From assembly GCA_027491415.1 (NCBI GenBank), contig JAOZFH010000048.1, positions 1 to 42,801 on the forward strand: DNA of 42,801 bases. Reading direction: 5' to 3'. The translations under genes were made by a program, and so were the position numbers. Each line of letters begins with the position of its first letter. Position 1 is the stretch's first letter. This DNA is from Thermoproteota archaeon. Its GTDB lineage: Archaea; Korarchaeota; Korarchaeia; Korarchaeales; Korarchaeaceae. Of this stretch, positions 20,298-29,770 are shown in pieces. The notes beneath the pieces are model-generated. The model did no database searches and had not been told where the DNA came from. It was given only the letters and a program-made list of their open reading frames with translations.

Positions 20298-21553
20298 AGC
20301 TGGACGCGGTTATACGCCCGTCTACGCTGGACGGTCGGGTCGACGCCCCTCCATCCAAGAGCCACAGCCACAGGGCCCTGTTCATAGGGCTGCTGACGGG
20401 TGGGCTCACCAGGGTGGTCAAGCCCTCCCGGTGCACGGACGTGGTGGCCAGCCTCGGGGCAGTCAGAGCGTTCGGCGCCGGCGCGTCCGTAGATGGGACG
20501 ATAGAGAGTTCCGGCCTCCCCAGGCCGCCCAAGAGGGCGGTGAACTGCAGGAGGTCTGCCACGACGATGAGGATCGCAATGGCCGTCGCGGCCCTGGCCC
20601 CGGGGCGCACGACCCTGCTGGGCTCGGGCTCGCTGGCGAGGAGGCCCATGAGAGACGGGGTTGAGGCCCTCCGCCAGCTGGGGGTTAGAGTCAGGTCCAC
20701 CGGCGGCTTACCGCCGGTTGTGGTTGAGGGGGGACGGCCCGCGGGGGAGGCGGTCAGGGTCAGCGCCGGGACCTCGTCCCAGTTCGCGACGGGCCTCCTG
20801 CTGATTGCACCAAAGCTCGGACTGACCGTGGAGGTCGTGGGCGACGTCAAGTCCCGACCCTACCTGGAGATGACCCTAGAGATGATGAGGCGCTCCGGGA
20901 TCGAGTTCGAGAGGGAGGGGTGGAGGGTGGAGTTCCCCAGGCAGGAGTACAGGCCGGGCGTGATAGGGATCCCCGGAGACTACTCGTCGGCGGCCTTCCT
21001 GCTGGCAGCCGGGGCGCTCTGCGGCAGAGTGAGGGTCGGCGGCCTCCCGCCCCCCGGCGGTCACCCAGACGCGAGGATCCTGGAGTTCCTCAGGGAGGCT
21101 GGGGCTGAAGTCAGGGTCGGGGACGGGTGGGCCGAGGTGGAGTCGAGAGGGTCGCTGGATGGGTTCGAGGCGGACCTCAGAGACTGCCCGGACCTACTCC
21201 CCATCCTGGCCGTGGTCGGGGCGCGCGCAAGAGGCCGCACCAGGATTAGGGGAGTGGAGCACGCGAGAGTGAAGGAGAGCGACAGGATCTCGGTCATGGC
21301 CAGGGAGCTCAGGAGGGTCGGGGTCAGGGTCACAGAGAGGAGGGATGGGCTGGAGATCGAGGGGGGCGACGGGATCAGGGCCAGGACCCTGGACCCTGAG
21401 GGGGATCACAGGGTCGTGATGGCCCTCTCCGTGCTGGCCCTGGTTGCGGAGGGGCCGAGCAGGGTGCTTAACGCGAGCGTCGCGGCCGACTCCTACCCGG
21501 GCTTCTTCTCAGACCTCTTCTACCTGGGGGGCAGGTTGGAGGTGATCTCGTGA
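20294..21553 (+). CDS. aroA: EPSP synthase
   Basis: PPSKSHSHR, RRPM, SSQF, SRPY, GDYSSA, KESDRI, DHRVVM, SYPGF. Confidence 0.96.
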   Translation: MKLDAVIRPSTLDGRVDAPPSKSHSHRALFIGLLTGGLTRVVKPSRCTDVVASLGAVRAFGAGASVDGTIESSGLPRPPKRAVNCRRSATTMRIAMAVAALAPGRTTLLGSGSLARRPMRDGVEALRQLGVRVRSTGGLPPVVVEGGRPAGEAVRVSAGTSSQFATGLLLIAPKLGLTVEVVGDVKSRPYLEMTLEMMRRSGIEFEREGWRVEFPRQEYRPGVIGIPGDYSSAAFLLAAGALCGRVRVGGLPPPGGHPDARILEFLREAGAEVRVGDGWAEVESRGSLDGFEADLRDCPDLLPILAVVGARARGRTRIRGVEHARVKESDRISVMARELRRVGVRVTERRDGLEIEGGDGIRARTLDPEGDHRVVMALSVLALVAEGPSRVLNASVAADSYPGFFSDLFYLGGRLEVIS

Positions 21554-22656
21554 TAGGCAGGGCCTTCCGGCTGTCGCTCTTCGGGGAGAGCCACGGCAGG
21601 TGCGTCGGGGCGCTGGTCGAGGGGTGCCCTCCGGGGGTCCCGTTCGACGAGGGACTCGTCAGAGCGGATCTGGATAGGAGGCGGCCTGGATCTGCCCCCC
21701 TGGTGAGCCAAAGGTCTGAGCCAGACGAGTTCGAGGTCCTCTCAGGCGTCTACAGGGGCAGGACGACAGGCGGGCCCGTCGTCATGGTGGTGTGGAACGT
21801 GGACGTGGACTCGACTCCCTACGATTCAGTTGACAGGGTGCCGAGGCCCGGTCACGCAGACTACACGGCCAGGGTCAAGTACATGGGATTCGGAGACCCC
21901 AGGGGGGGAGGGCACCTCTCCGGGAGGATGACCGCGGGCCTGGTGATGGCGGGCTCGCTGGCGAAGATGGTGCTAGGGGTGTTGGGAGTGTCCGTCGCGG
22001 CGCACCTGGTTCAGGTCGGAGGGGTTCGCCTCGACAGGGAGGTGGAGCCCGGCGAGATCGTGAGGGCGGCCTCGAGCGGGCTGTGGTGCGCGGATCCCAG
22101 CGCAGCTCGACTGATGGAGGAGGAGATCCTGAGGGCCAGATCCGAGGGGGACAGCGTTGGAGGGATCGTTGAGGCGGTCGCCACCGGAGTGCCGGTCGGT
22201 CTCGGGGAGCCCCTTCTGGAGGGGCTGGAGGGAGAAATCGCCAGGCTGATCTTGGCGATACCCGCCGCGAAGGGGGTGGAGTTCGGGGCCGGCTTCAGGC
22301 TGGCGCCAGTGAGGGGCAGCGAGGCGAACGACCAGTTCGCCGTCTCACCCGACGGGACGCTGACCAGGCTCAGCAACAACGCCGGCGGGGTTGAGGGGGG
22401 GATAAGCAACGGCATGCCCCTGAGGCTGAGGGTCGCCTTCAAGCCGACCCCCTCCATACCGACTCCCCAGAGGAGCGTCGACCTCGAGGAGATGAGGGAG
22501 GTGGAGCTCAGGGTGACCGGGAGGCACGACCCCTGTGTGGCCGTGAGGGCCGTCCCCGCCGTGGAGGCCGCGCTGGCGGTCGCCCTGGCGGACCACGCGC
22601 TGAGGTGGTTGAGTTGGGTGGAGTGGGGGAGATCTCTGAGCTCAGGGGGAGGATAG
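21550..22656 (+). CDS. aroC: Chorismate synthase
   Basis: FGESHG, RRRPG, PRPGHADY, SGRMTA, GDSVGG, GGISNG, KPTPSI, GRHDPC. Confidence 0.97.
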   Translation: MIGRAFRLSLFGESHGRCVGALVEGCPPGVPFDEGLVRADLDRRRPGSAPLVSQRSEPDEFEVLSGVYRGRTTGGPVVMVVWNVDVDSTPYDSVDRVPRPGHADYTARVKYMGFGDPRGGGHLSGRMTAGLVMAGSLAKMVLGVLGVSVAAHLVQVGGVRLDREVEPGEIVRAASSGLWCADPSAARLMEEEILRARSEGDSVGGIVEAVATGVPVGLGEPLLEGLEGEIARLILAIPAAKGVEFGAGFRLAPVRGSEANDQFAVSPDGTLTRLSNNAGGVEGGISNGMPLRLRVAFKPTPSIPTPQRSVDLEEMREVELRVTGRHDPCVAVRAVPAVEAALAVALADHALRWLSWVEWGRSLSSGGG

Positions 22657-23705
22657 ACGGGATCGACCGAGAGATCCTCAGGCTCCTGGACGAGAGGACC
22701 AGGATGGTCAGGGAGATCGGGAGGGTCAAGAAGAGGCTGGGGCTGAGCGTGAGAGACCCCGAGAGGGAGAGGTACGTGATCGAGAGGGCCGGGGAGCACG
22801 GGAGGGTGTTCGAGGCCATACTGAGGGACTCAGTGCTCTCCCAGAGGGGGAGGATTGGAGTCGTCGGCGGCCTGGGGAGGATGGGCCGCTGGATGGCCGA
22901 GAGGCTCTCCAGCATAAGGAAGGTGGCGGTTTACGACGTGAGTGCAGGCCCCCCGCCGCCAGGCTGCTTCAGGGTGGACTCGCTGGCGGAGCTGCTGGAG
23001 TGGAGCGACGTGGTGATCGTGGCCACCCCCCTGGGCAAGACGCCCGAGGTCCTGGAGGAGATAGCTGAGGACGTGCCGGAGGGAAGGCTGGTCTTCGACC
23101 TCAGCACGCTGAAGCTGAGGGTCGTGGAGGCGCTCTCCAAGTTCCCGAGGGACGTGATGGTCTGCAGCGTCCACCCGCTGTTCGGCCCGGGAGCCGAGGG
23201 GCTTGAGGGGAGGAGAGTTGCCGTGGTGCCGGTGCCGGGCAGGGAGGAGGGGGCCGCGCCGGCGGAGGAGCTGTTCAGGGAGGCCGGGGCCGTTCCGGTG
23301 AGGGTTGACCCAGAGACGCACGACAGGATGGTGGCCCTGACGATAGGCCTCGCGTACTTCGTGGGGATCTCCTTCGGCCTGACCGTGGCGCGGTGGGGCG
23401 ACGCTGAGAGGATCGCCGAGATTGCTGGCACCTCCTTCAGGTACCTGTCAACATACTCGTGCGCGCTCGCCGGGGAAGACTCGAGCTTCGTCTCGGAGCT
23501 CCTCTCCAACCCGCTCGTTCGAGAGGCTATTCAGCTCTACCTCAAGGTCTGTGAGGGGCTGACCAGGTCCAGCGGCGCTGAGGTCGACGCTCTGCTGGGG
23601 GAGTTGAGACACGCGTTTGCGGAGTTAATCGATCCAGGGGACGCCTACGCTGCGTTTTATAGGGCTCTGGACGCCCTCTCGCACATTCAAGACCTCAGCC
23701 CTTAG
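22605..23705 (+). CDS. tyrA: Chorismate mutase / prephenate dehydrogenase fusion
   Basis: LRGRIDGIDREILRLLDER (AroQ) then VVGGLGRMG, DLSTLK, HPLFGP, HDRMVA; true start may be GTG 22623. Confidence 0.92.
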   Translation: MVELGGVGEISELRGRIDGIDREILRLLDERTRMVREIGRVKKRLGLSVRDPERERYVIERAGEHGRVFEAILRDSVLSQRGRIGVVGGLGRMGRWMAERLSSIRKVAVYDVSAGPPPPGCFRVDSLAELLEWSDVVIVATPLGKTPEVLEEIAEDVPEGRLVFDLSTLKLRVVEALSKFPRDVMVCSVHPLFGPGAEGLEGRRVAVVPVPGREEGAAPAEELFREAGAVPVRVDPETHDRMVALTIGLAYFVGISFGLTVARWGDAERIAEIAGTSFRYLSTYSCALAGEDSSFVSELLSNPLVREAIQLYLKVCEGLTRSSGAEVDALLGELRHAFAELIDPGDAYAAFYRALDALSHIQDLSP

Positions 23706-23721
23706 ACCCCAGGGATGCTAA

Positions 23722-24145
23722 TCCTATCGGCAGGCCCCGACGGAGGAGCTCTCGAGGGAGCAGAGGAGCCCGGTGGAGAGGCTCGACGCTCTGGCTCAGC
23801 GCCAGTCTGAACTCAGGGAGGACTTCAACGCTCAGATGTCGGAGTTCAGGCAGGAGATGGCCAGGCTCAGGCAGGACATGGCGAAGGGATTCGAGAGGCA
23901 CGAGGCTGAGCTGGCGAGGCTGAGAGAGGACTTCAGCCGCATGGTGGAAGTGGTGGGGGGCCTGCAGAGGCAGCACCGCGCCCTAGAGAGGAGGCTGGAC
24001 TCCTCGATTGCAGGCCTCACGTCCGCCATGGCGAAGGGATTCGCCGAGCTGGGTAAGTTTGCCGGGATCTCCTTCGAGGAGTTCGTCCGAGTGTTCCTGT
24101 CCGAGTGGCTGAGGTCCAGCGGGTACATGCCTAGGAACGCTGAGC
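23722..24145 (+). pseudogene. Fragment of a coiled-coil repeat protein (DUF3782/PD-(D/E)XK-nuclease-associated type)
   Basis: Repeated LREDF and MAKGF heptads, then GISFEEFVR; sequence becomes non-protein-like after YMPRNA, no nuclease domain; no convincing start. Confidence 0.5.
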
Positions 24146-24322
24146 GCGCGCGAGCTGATCTTTGGGGGGAGGTGGGTCGATCGCCCGGCCTCGGGGACCA
24201 AATCAGAACGGCGCGCCGAAGAAGATCGCCGTCAGACAGGTTCAGGTTTATTCCCCCTGCTCTGAGCGGGGCTTAGGGAAGCCGGAGCCCCCTTTATTTT
24301 GACCCCCACTGGCGGCGCCCGG

Positions 24323-24673
24323 ATGCTCGCGCTGGCCGTGAATTACAAGGCCCCCAGGCCTTGGAGGGAGAAGGTCGCGTCCTTCGCCTCAGCCCTCGAG
24401 AGGGCCTTCGGCCCCAGGCTGGAGGCGGTCGTGGCCCTGCCGGACCCGGAGGACAGGCTCTACGACTCGAACGTCTTGGTGGTCCTGGCGGGCCCGGTGA
24501 CCCTGGAGGATCACTCTAGGGTGGCAAGCCTGACGCCGGAGGGCGTCAGCCCGCTGGTGACGTCTGGAGACGACATGGCCACCTTGGAGGCGTTCCTCCT
24601 AGCTGGTGGGAGGGAGCTGGTGCGCCCAAGGGAGGAGCGAGGTCGGGCTCGAGCTGAAGCGGACGCCGGGTGA
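24323..24673 (+). CDS. Minimal nucleotidyltransferase (MNT)-like antitoxin, degenerate
   Basis: LERAFGPRLEAVVAL...YDSNVLVVL...VSPLV; directly upstream of HEPN. Confidence 0.7.
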   Translation: MLALAVNYKAPRPWREKVASFASALERAFGPRLEAVVALPDPEDRLYDSNVLVVLAGPVTLEDHSRVASLTPEGVSPLVTSGDDMATLEAFLLAGGRELVRPREERGRARAEADAG

Positions 24674-24677
24674 GTCG

Positions 24678-25070
24678 ATGGTGGATGGCGACCTCTGGGG
24701 TAAGTCCAGGCTGCTCATGGAAGAAGCCCGTCGAGACCTCGACGCCGGCTGCCCGAACAAGGCGGTGTCCGCCTCCTATTTCGCAGTGAGGATGGCGGCA
24801 GAGTCCCTCCTCCGTGGACTGAGGACGAGGAAGGATGACAAGGTTGCGAACGCGCTGAAGAGGTTGCTCGAGCCAACCTTAGGGGAGGAGAGAGCGGGGG
24901 AGATCAGGAATTCATTTCTGCGGCTGTTTAGCCTCAGAAAGGCCGCAGACCACACCCCCAGAGTCTTCTCCCTCGAAGAGGCTCGTGAGATAGTCCGAGA
25001 GGCTGAGGCCGTGCTTGTCACGCTGGAGGCGGTGAGGCGCGGGCCTCGGCGGATCGGGCCTGGCGAGTGA
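24678..25070 (+). CDS. HEPN-domain protein
   Basis: EEARRDL...AVSASYFA...LRKAADH (Rx4H)...FSLEEAREIV. Confidence 0.85.
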   Translation: MVDGDLWGKSRLLMEEARRDLDAGCPNKAVSASYFAVRMAAESLLRGLRTRKDDKVANALKRLLEPTLGEERAGEIRNSFLRLFSLRKAADHTPRVFSLEEAREIVREAEAVLVTLEAVRRGPRRIGPGE

Positions 25071-25292
25071 TCCCGATGGCGGGACCCCAATCCAGACCGC
25101 CGATCCGGTTGGGGGCCTTGAGTGGGGACGTTCCACGGTCTCAAAGGCGGAGGATCTCACCACGCCCGACTGGCCCCCCGGCCCTTCGCTCGAGTGTCGA
25201 GCCGCTGCGGTGGGCTTAGGCTCCCAGAAGGCCCCTCCTCCCACCGGCGCCAACTTTATCACGACGTTGTAGAGGCCGGGACCCGAGGAGCG

Positions 25293-26441
25293 TTGCGCCC
25301 GATCAGGCTGCTGGGAGGAACCTACATCCCAGATGAGGAGTTCCCGAGGGAGGTCCACGTCGAGCTGACGGCCAGGTGCAACCTGAACTGCGCATTCTGT
25401 TACAGGCAGAGCTGGCCGGGCCCCTTCGAAGACATGGACATGGGCCTATTCCGAAGGCTGGTTGACGAGCTGGAGGAGCTGGGGGTCGAGATCGTCTGGC
25501 TCAGCGGGTGGGGCGAGCCCCTCTTCCACCCAAACTTCGGGGAAGCCCTGGACCTCTTGGAGGGCAGGTTCAGAATAGGCATAGTGAGCAACGGCCTTCT
25601 GCTGGGGAGGTACGCCGAGAAGATCGTGGAAGCTGGGGTCGACTGGGTGGTCTTGAGCGTGGACAGCTTTCAACGGGACCTCTACGAGGTCCTCAGGAGG
25701 GGATCCAGGCTCCAGGCCGTGGAGGAGGGGATGATCAGGCTCGACGCCCTCAGGAGGGTGGCCGGCCGCGGGGGAAAGCCGGCCATATGGGTCTCCACCA
25801 TAGTGATGAGATCCAACTACCGAGACCTCCCCGCCCACGTGGAGCGCGCCTCTAGGCTGGGCGCCAACGGGCTCCTGCTCTCCAACCTCATACCCACGAC
25901 GGAGGAGATGGCCGGCGAGGTCATCTACTTCCGGGAGGCGCCGGAGGACCTCCCGGAGGTGATGCACAGGGCGAGGATGAGGGCGATCCTCACCAACCTC
26001 AGGCTGGTCGAGCCGGAGTTCGCCTACAAGACCGAGCGGAGCTGCCCCTTCATCAACAACAGGATGCTGGTCGTCTCCTGGGACGGAGACGTTGTCCCTT
26101 GCCTCTTCGCCCTCCACGACTACTACGCTTGGATCGACGGCCGGGAGAAGCTGATCAGGAGGATATCCTTCGGGAACCTGCGGGAGCGGACCCTGAGGGA
26201 GATATGGGAGTCTCCGGAGTACGTGAGGTTCAGAGCCCTCGTCAGGCTCGCCCAGTACCCGTCCTGCAACGACTGTCAGTTCGAGGACTCGTGCGACTTC
26301 GCCGCATCAAACGAGGTGGACTGCTGGGGCAACTCGCCCTCCTGCGCCGCCTGCCCCTACTACCGCAGGGTGGTCCAGTGTCCCTACAGCGGGCTGCTCG
26401 AGACAGTCCGCCTGATAAGGGAGTATCCCGAGGCCACCTGA
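25293..26441 (+). CDS. Radical SAM/SPASM protein, tungsten-cofactor oxidoreductase maturase type
   Basis: CNLNCAFC, SGWGEP, LLLSNLIP, CPF, VPC, CNDC...C...DCWGNSPSCAACP...CP; TTG after GAGGAG. Confidence 0.88.
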   Translation: MRPIRLLGGTYIPDEEFPREVHVELTARCNLNCAFCYRQSWPGPFEDMDMGLFRRLVDELEELGVEIVWLSGWGEPLFHPNFGEALDLLEGRFRIGIVSNGLLLGRYAEKIVEAGVDWVVLSVDSFQRDLYEVLRRGSRLQAVEEGMIRLDALRRVAGRGGKPAIWVSTIVMRSNYRDLPAHVERASRLGANGLLLSNLIPTTEEMAGEVIYFREAPEDLPEVMHRARMRAILTNLRLVEPEFAYKTERSCPFINNRMLVVSWDGDVVPCLFALHDYYAWIDGREKLIRRISFGNLRERTLREIWESPEYVRFRALVRLAQYPSCNDCQFEDSCDFAASNEVDCWGNSPSCAACPYYRRVVQCPYSGLLETVRLIREYPEAT

Positions 26442-26450
26442 GGCCCCGCC

Positions 26451-27866
26451 TCACCCCCGTCCCGAGGCCAGCCCCCTCAGCAGGGAGAGGACCCTCTCCC
26501 TCGCCGACCTGACCCTCTCCTCCTCGGCCCTGAGCCACCCCTCGTCTTTCTTCAACCTCTCCTCCGCCGCCCCGGCCGACCTCAAGACCTCCCGGGGGTT
26601 GGGGCCTCCCTCCACCGTCCTGGCCCGCAGGGCCCCCTCAAGGTCTGGCGGGGGGAGCCCCAGGTCAGCCGCCACCTCCCCGACCCCCCTCCCGGCGGAC
26701 AGCCCCAGGGCCACGGACCGGTGGGCCTCCCTGAACGGGACCCCCCTCAGCGCCGCCTGCTCCGCCAGGTCCTGGGCGAGGCCCTCTCCGCCCGGTCCCG
26801 CCGCGTCCCTCCTCAGGGCCTCCCTGTCCCACTCAGCCCGGGCGAGGAGGTCCGCCATGACGGCCGACGCCCTCGCCGCCTCGTCCATGATCCAGAGGGA
26901 GTGGAGGGTCAGCTCCTGTAGGTCCAAGTTGTAGCCGCTGGGGAGGCCCTTCATCACGGCCGCCATCGCCAGGAGCCTTCCAATGGCCTCCCCGGCCCTC
27001 GCCCTCACCACCTCCAGGGTGACCGGGTTGACCTTCTGGGGCATGACGCTGCTGGAGGCGGAGTGCTCGGGGGGTACCCTCAGGTACCCGAAGTTAGGCG
27101 TCGACCACACTATCAGGTCCTCCGCCACCCTGCTCAGCGAGACCAGGAGCCACGCGGCCGGAGATGAGGAGGTGAGGAGGAAGTCCCTGGACCCCGACGC
27201 GTACAGGGTGTTCCCGACCACCCCTCTGAAGCCCAGCAGGTCGGCCACCCTCCTCCTGTCTACCGGCAGGGAGGGCCCCGACGCGGCGCACGCGCCCATG
27301 GGGGAAGCGTCGACCTCCTCCAGGGCCCGGGCCATGGAGCGCCAGTGGTGGGACACCGACTCCTCAACCGCCAGTGCGTAGTGCCCGAGCGTAGTCGGCT
27401 GGGCGTGCCTCAGGTGGGTGAAGGCCGGCATCGGCCAGTCGGCGAACCTCCCCCCCATCGACGAGAGGACCTCCCTAAGCCGCGCCGCCTGCCTCAGCGC
27501 CCGGAGCACCCTGGACCTCACGGCAAGCCTGATGGCCGCCGCCACCTGGTCGTTCCTGCTCTTCCCGAATCCGATCCAGCCTGCCGCCTCCTCCCCAATC
27601 TCCCCGACAATCCAGGCCTCCAGAGACTCGTGAACGTCGTCGTACTCGCCTGACAGGATCTCCTCCCTCGCGTTCAGCGATTTGAGGAGGGCGGAGGCGC
27701 AGGAGGAGGCCGCCGACCGCGGGATCAGGCCCAGCTCGGTCAGGTGGATCAGGTGGGCCGACGCCACGAGAACCACCTCCTCGAATATTAGCGGGTCCAC
27801 CGTCCTCAGCGAGGAGGTGTACTCGGCGATCCACCCAGGCCTCTCCCCCAGCGCGGGCCTGTACAA
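26451..27866 (-). CDS. argH: Argininosuccinate lyase
   Basis: DVHE, SRNDQVA, PAFTHLRHAQP, SSSVMPQKVNP, GYNLDLQE, PFREAH. Confidence 0.95.
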   Translation of the reverse strand: MYRPALGERPGWIAEYTSSLRTVDPLIFEEVVLVASAHLIHLTELGLIPRSAASSCASALLKSLNAREEILSGEYDDVHESLEAWIVGEIGEEAAGWIGFGKSRNDQVAAAIRLAVRSRVLRALRQAARLREVLSSMGGRFADWPMPAFTHLRHAQPTTLGHYALAVEESVSHHWRSMARALEEVDASPMGACAASGPSLPVDRRRVADLLGFRGVVGNTLYASGSRDFLLTSSSPAAWLLVSLSRVAEDLIVWSTPNFGYLRVPPEHSASSSVMPQKVNPVTLEVVRARAGEAIGRLLAMAAVMKGLPSGYNLDLQELTLHSLWIMDEAARASAVMADLLARAEWDREALRRDAAGPGGEGLAQDLAEQAALRGVPFREAHRSVALGLSAGRGVGEVAADLGLPPPDLEGALRARTVEGGPNPREVLRSAGAAEERLKKDEGWLRAEEERVRSARERVLSLLRGLASGRG

Positions 27867-29057
27867 CTAGCCCCTCGCCCCCCTCGCCAGCCAGGTCGGC
27901 AGCCCCCAGGCGGATATGAACCCCCTGGCCTGCTCGTCCGTCGGGTACCAGCCCTCATCGTAGCTCGCCACCTCTAGGCTGTAGGACTGGCGCTCGGCCC
28001 TCCTCCCCACCACCGCGACTGACCCCTTGTACAGCCTGAGCCTGACCTCCCCCGAGACCGGCCTGTCCAGGCTCGCTATGAACTCCTCGAGGCTCTCCCT
28101 GAGGGGAGACGCCCAGAGCCCCTCGTAGACCAGCCTCGTCCACTCCCCGTCGGCGAGGGACTTGAACCTGAGCTCCTCCTTGGTCAGGACGAGCTTCTCT
28201 AGGTCGAGGTGCGCCTCCAGAATTGTGACCGCGGCCGGGCACTCGTAGACCTCCCTGCTCTTGAACCCCACGACTCTGCTCTCCACGTGGTCGATCCTCC
28301 CCACCCCGTGAGCCCCGGCCAGCTCGTTCAGCCTGGTAACCAGGTCCTCCGGGGCCATCTCCTCCCCGTTCAGCGACGTGGGCACCCCGCCCTCAAAGCC
28401 CAGGGTGATCTCAAGCGGCTCGTCCGGCGCCCTCTCCGGATCCACCGTCCACTCGAAGGCCTCAGGGCTCGGCCCGGTCCAGGGATCCTCCAGCTCGGAC
28501 CCCTCGACGCTCCTGCCCCAGAGGTTCTGGTCTATCGAGTACCTGCGGTGGGCCCTCGGAACCGGGATACCCCTCTCCTCGGCGTACCGCACCTCTTCCT
28601 CCCTGGTCCAGCTCCAGACCCTGACCGGCGCCAGGACCTTCAGCTCGGGCGCGAGGGCCGCCGCCGTGAGGTCGAACCTGACCTGGTCGTTCCCCTTGGC
28701 CGTGCACCCGTGGGCCACCGCGTCGGCCCCGACCTCCCTAGCCACCTCCACGAGCTTCTCCACGATGAGCGGCCTCGAGAGGGCGCTGGACAGGGGATAC
28801 TTCCCCTCGTAGAGGGCGTTGGCCCTCACGGCCGGCCAGACGAACCTCTCCACGAACTCCCTCCTGGCGTCCACGTGGACGTGCCTGGATGCCCCAGCCG
28901 CCACCGCCCTCTCCCTGAGCTCGGCCTCGTCCGCGCCCTGCCCCACGTCCACGGTTAGGGTGACGACCTCTACTCCAGCCTCGGAGAACCACTTGACGGC
29001 CACCGTGGTGTCCAGCCCGCCCGAGTACGCGAGGACGACCCTAGAAACAGACTCCAG
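27867..29057 (-). CDS. argG: Argininosuccinate synthase (probable CTG start)
   Basis: VVLAYSGGLDT upstream of the ORF-track start; YPLSSALSRP, HGCTAKGNDQVRF, YSIDQNLWGRS, KSREVYE. Confidence 0.95.
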   Translation of the reverse strand: MESVSRVVLAYSGGLDTTVAVKWFSEAGVEVVTLTVDVGQGADEAELRERAVAAGASRHVHVDARREFVERFVWPAVRANALYEGKYPLSSALSRPLIVEKLVEVAREVGADAVAHGCTAKGNDQVRFDLTAAALAPELKVLAPVRVWSWTREEEVRYAEERGIPVPRAHRRYSIDQNLWGRSVEGSELEDPWTGPSPEAFEWTVDPERAPDEPLEITLGFEGGVPTSLNGEEMAPEDLVTRLNELAGAHGVGRIDHVESRVVGFKSREVYECPAAVTILEAHLDLEKLVLTKEELRFKSLADGEWTRLVYEGLWASPLRESLEEFIASLDRPVSGEVRLRLYKGSVAVVGRRAERQSYSLEVASYDEGWYPTDEQARGFISAWGLPTWLARGARG

Positions 29058-29199
29058 CCCCCTCTGGGGCTTCAGGTATTCCGGTAACGCACGGTATCAC
29101 CTAGACCGCCCCTCGCGATTCTTTCTATTTTACCCTTGCCGCCGGGGCCCGTTCACGTTAAATAAGGACCCTCCGGCCAGCCCTCTCTCGGGACCCCCC

Positions 29200-29595
29200 A
29201 TGAGGATCGCCGTACCCAGCGAGGACGACGGGGGCCTCGAGTCCACCGTCAGCCCGCACTTCGGTCGAGCCAGGTTCTACACCATCGTGGATGTGGACGG
29301 GCGCGAGATACGTTCAGTGAGGGTGGTACAGACGCCCTTCCAGCAGCACGGGCCCGGGGACATTCCGAGCTTCCTCCGGGGCCTCGGGGTCGACGTGGTG
29401 CTCGCCTACGGGTTGGGGGTCAGGGCTCGGCAGTTCTTCTCCCAGATGGGGATTCGGGTGGTCACCGGCGCGATGGGGAGGGTAGGCGACGTGATCAGGG
29501 CCTACCTGGAGGGAACCCTCGTGGTGGACGAGAACTGGGAGTCCAGGCCCGGGTTCGGGGAGCACGGCCGCGGGCACGCCGGCCACGCAACCTGA
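29200..29595 (+). CDS. NifB/NifX-family metal-cluster-binding protein
   Basis: MRIAVPS...VSPHFGRARFY...HGPGDIP...GVRARQFF; His-containing tail. Confidence 0.9.
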   Translation: MRIAVPSEDDGGLESTVSPHFGRARFYTIVDVDGREIRSVRVVQTPFQQHGPGDIPSFLRGLGVDVVLAYGLGVRARQFFSQMGIRVVTGAMGRVGDVIRAYLEGTLVVDENWESRPGFGEHGRGHAGHAT

Positions 29596-29709
29596 CCCCC
29601 CTCGTCCGGTCGGCTGAACTGGCTCTCGGCCAGTCCGCCAGCCGCATGGAGTTCCGGGAACTTCGGCGGCCGCCCGTCCCCCGAGCGAGGGGCCCCCTGG
29701 GGGGCCGCA

Positions 29710-29724
29710 GTTTCGAAGTGAAAC
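29710..29724. promoter_or_regulatory. Palindromic operator GTTTC-N5-GAAAC (site 1)
   Basis: GTTTC gaagt GAAAC, 8 nt before a T-rich TATA-like box, upstream of TauE copy 1. Confidence 0.75.
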
Positions 29725-29770
29725 TCCCACGCTTTTAGATGTTCCAAAATGGGGGGCCCTGGGGGCCGGC

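Noticed and set aside
25050-25250. Multi-hairpin GC-rich region upstream of the tungsten maturase; considered a Moco/Wco riboswitch, SRP RNA or tRNA
   Set aside because: It lies upstream of the likely TATA (about 25254-25259), so it is not in the 5' UTR; it lacks the SRP GGAAGGGAGCA motif and a tRNA T-loop; hairpins are expected at this GC content
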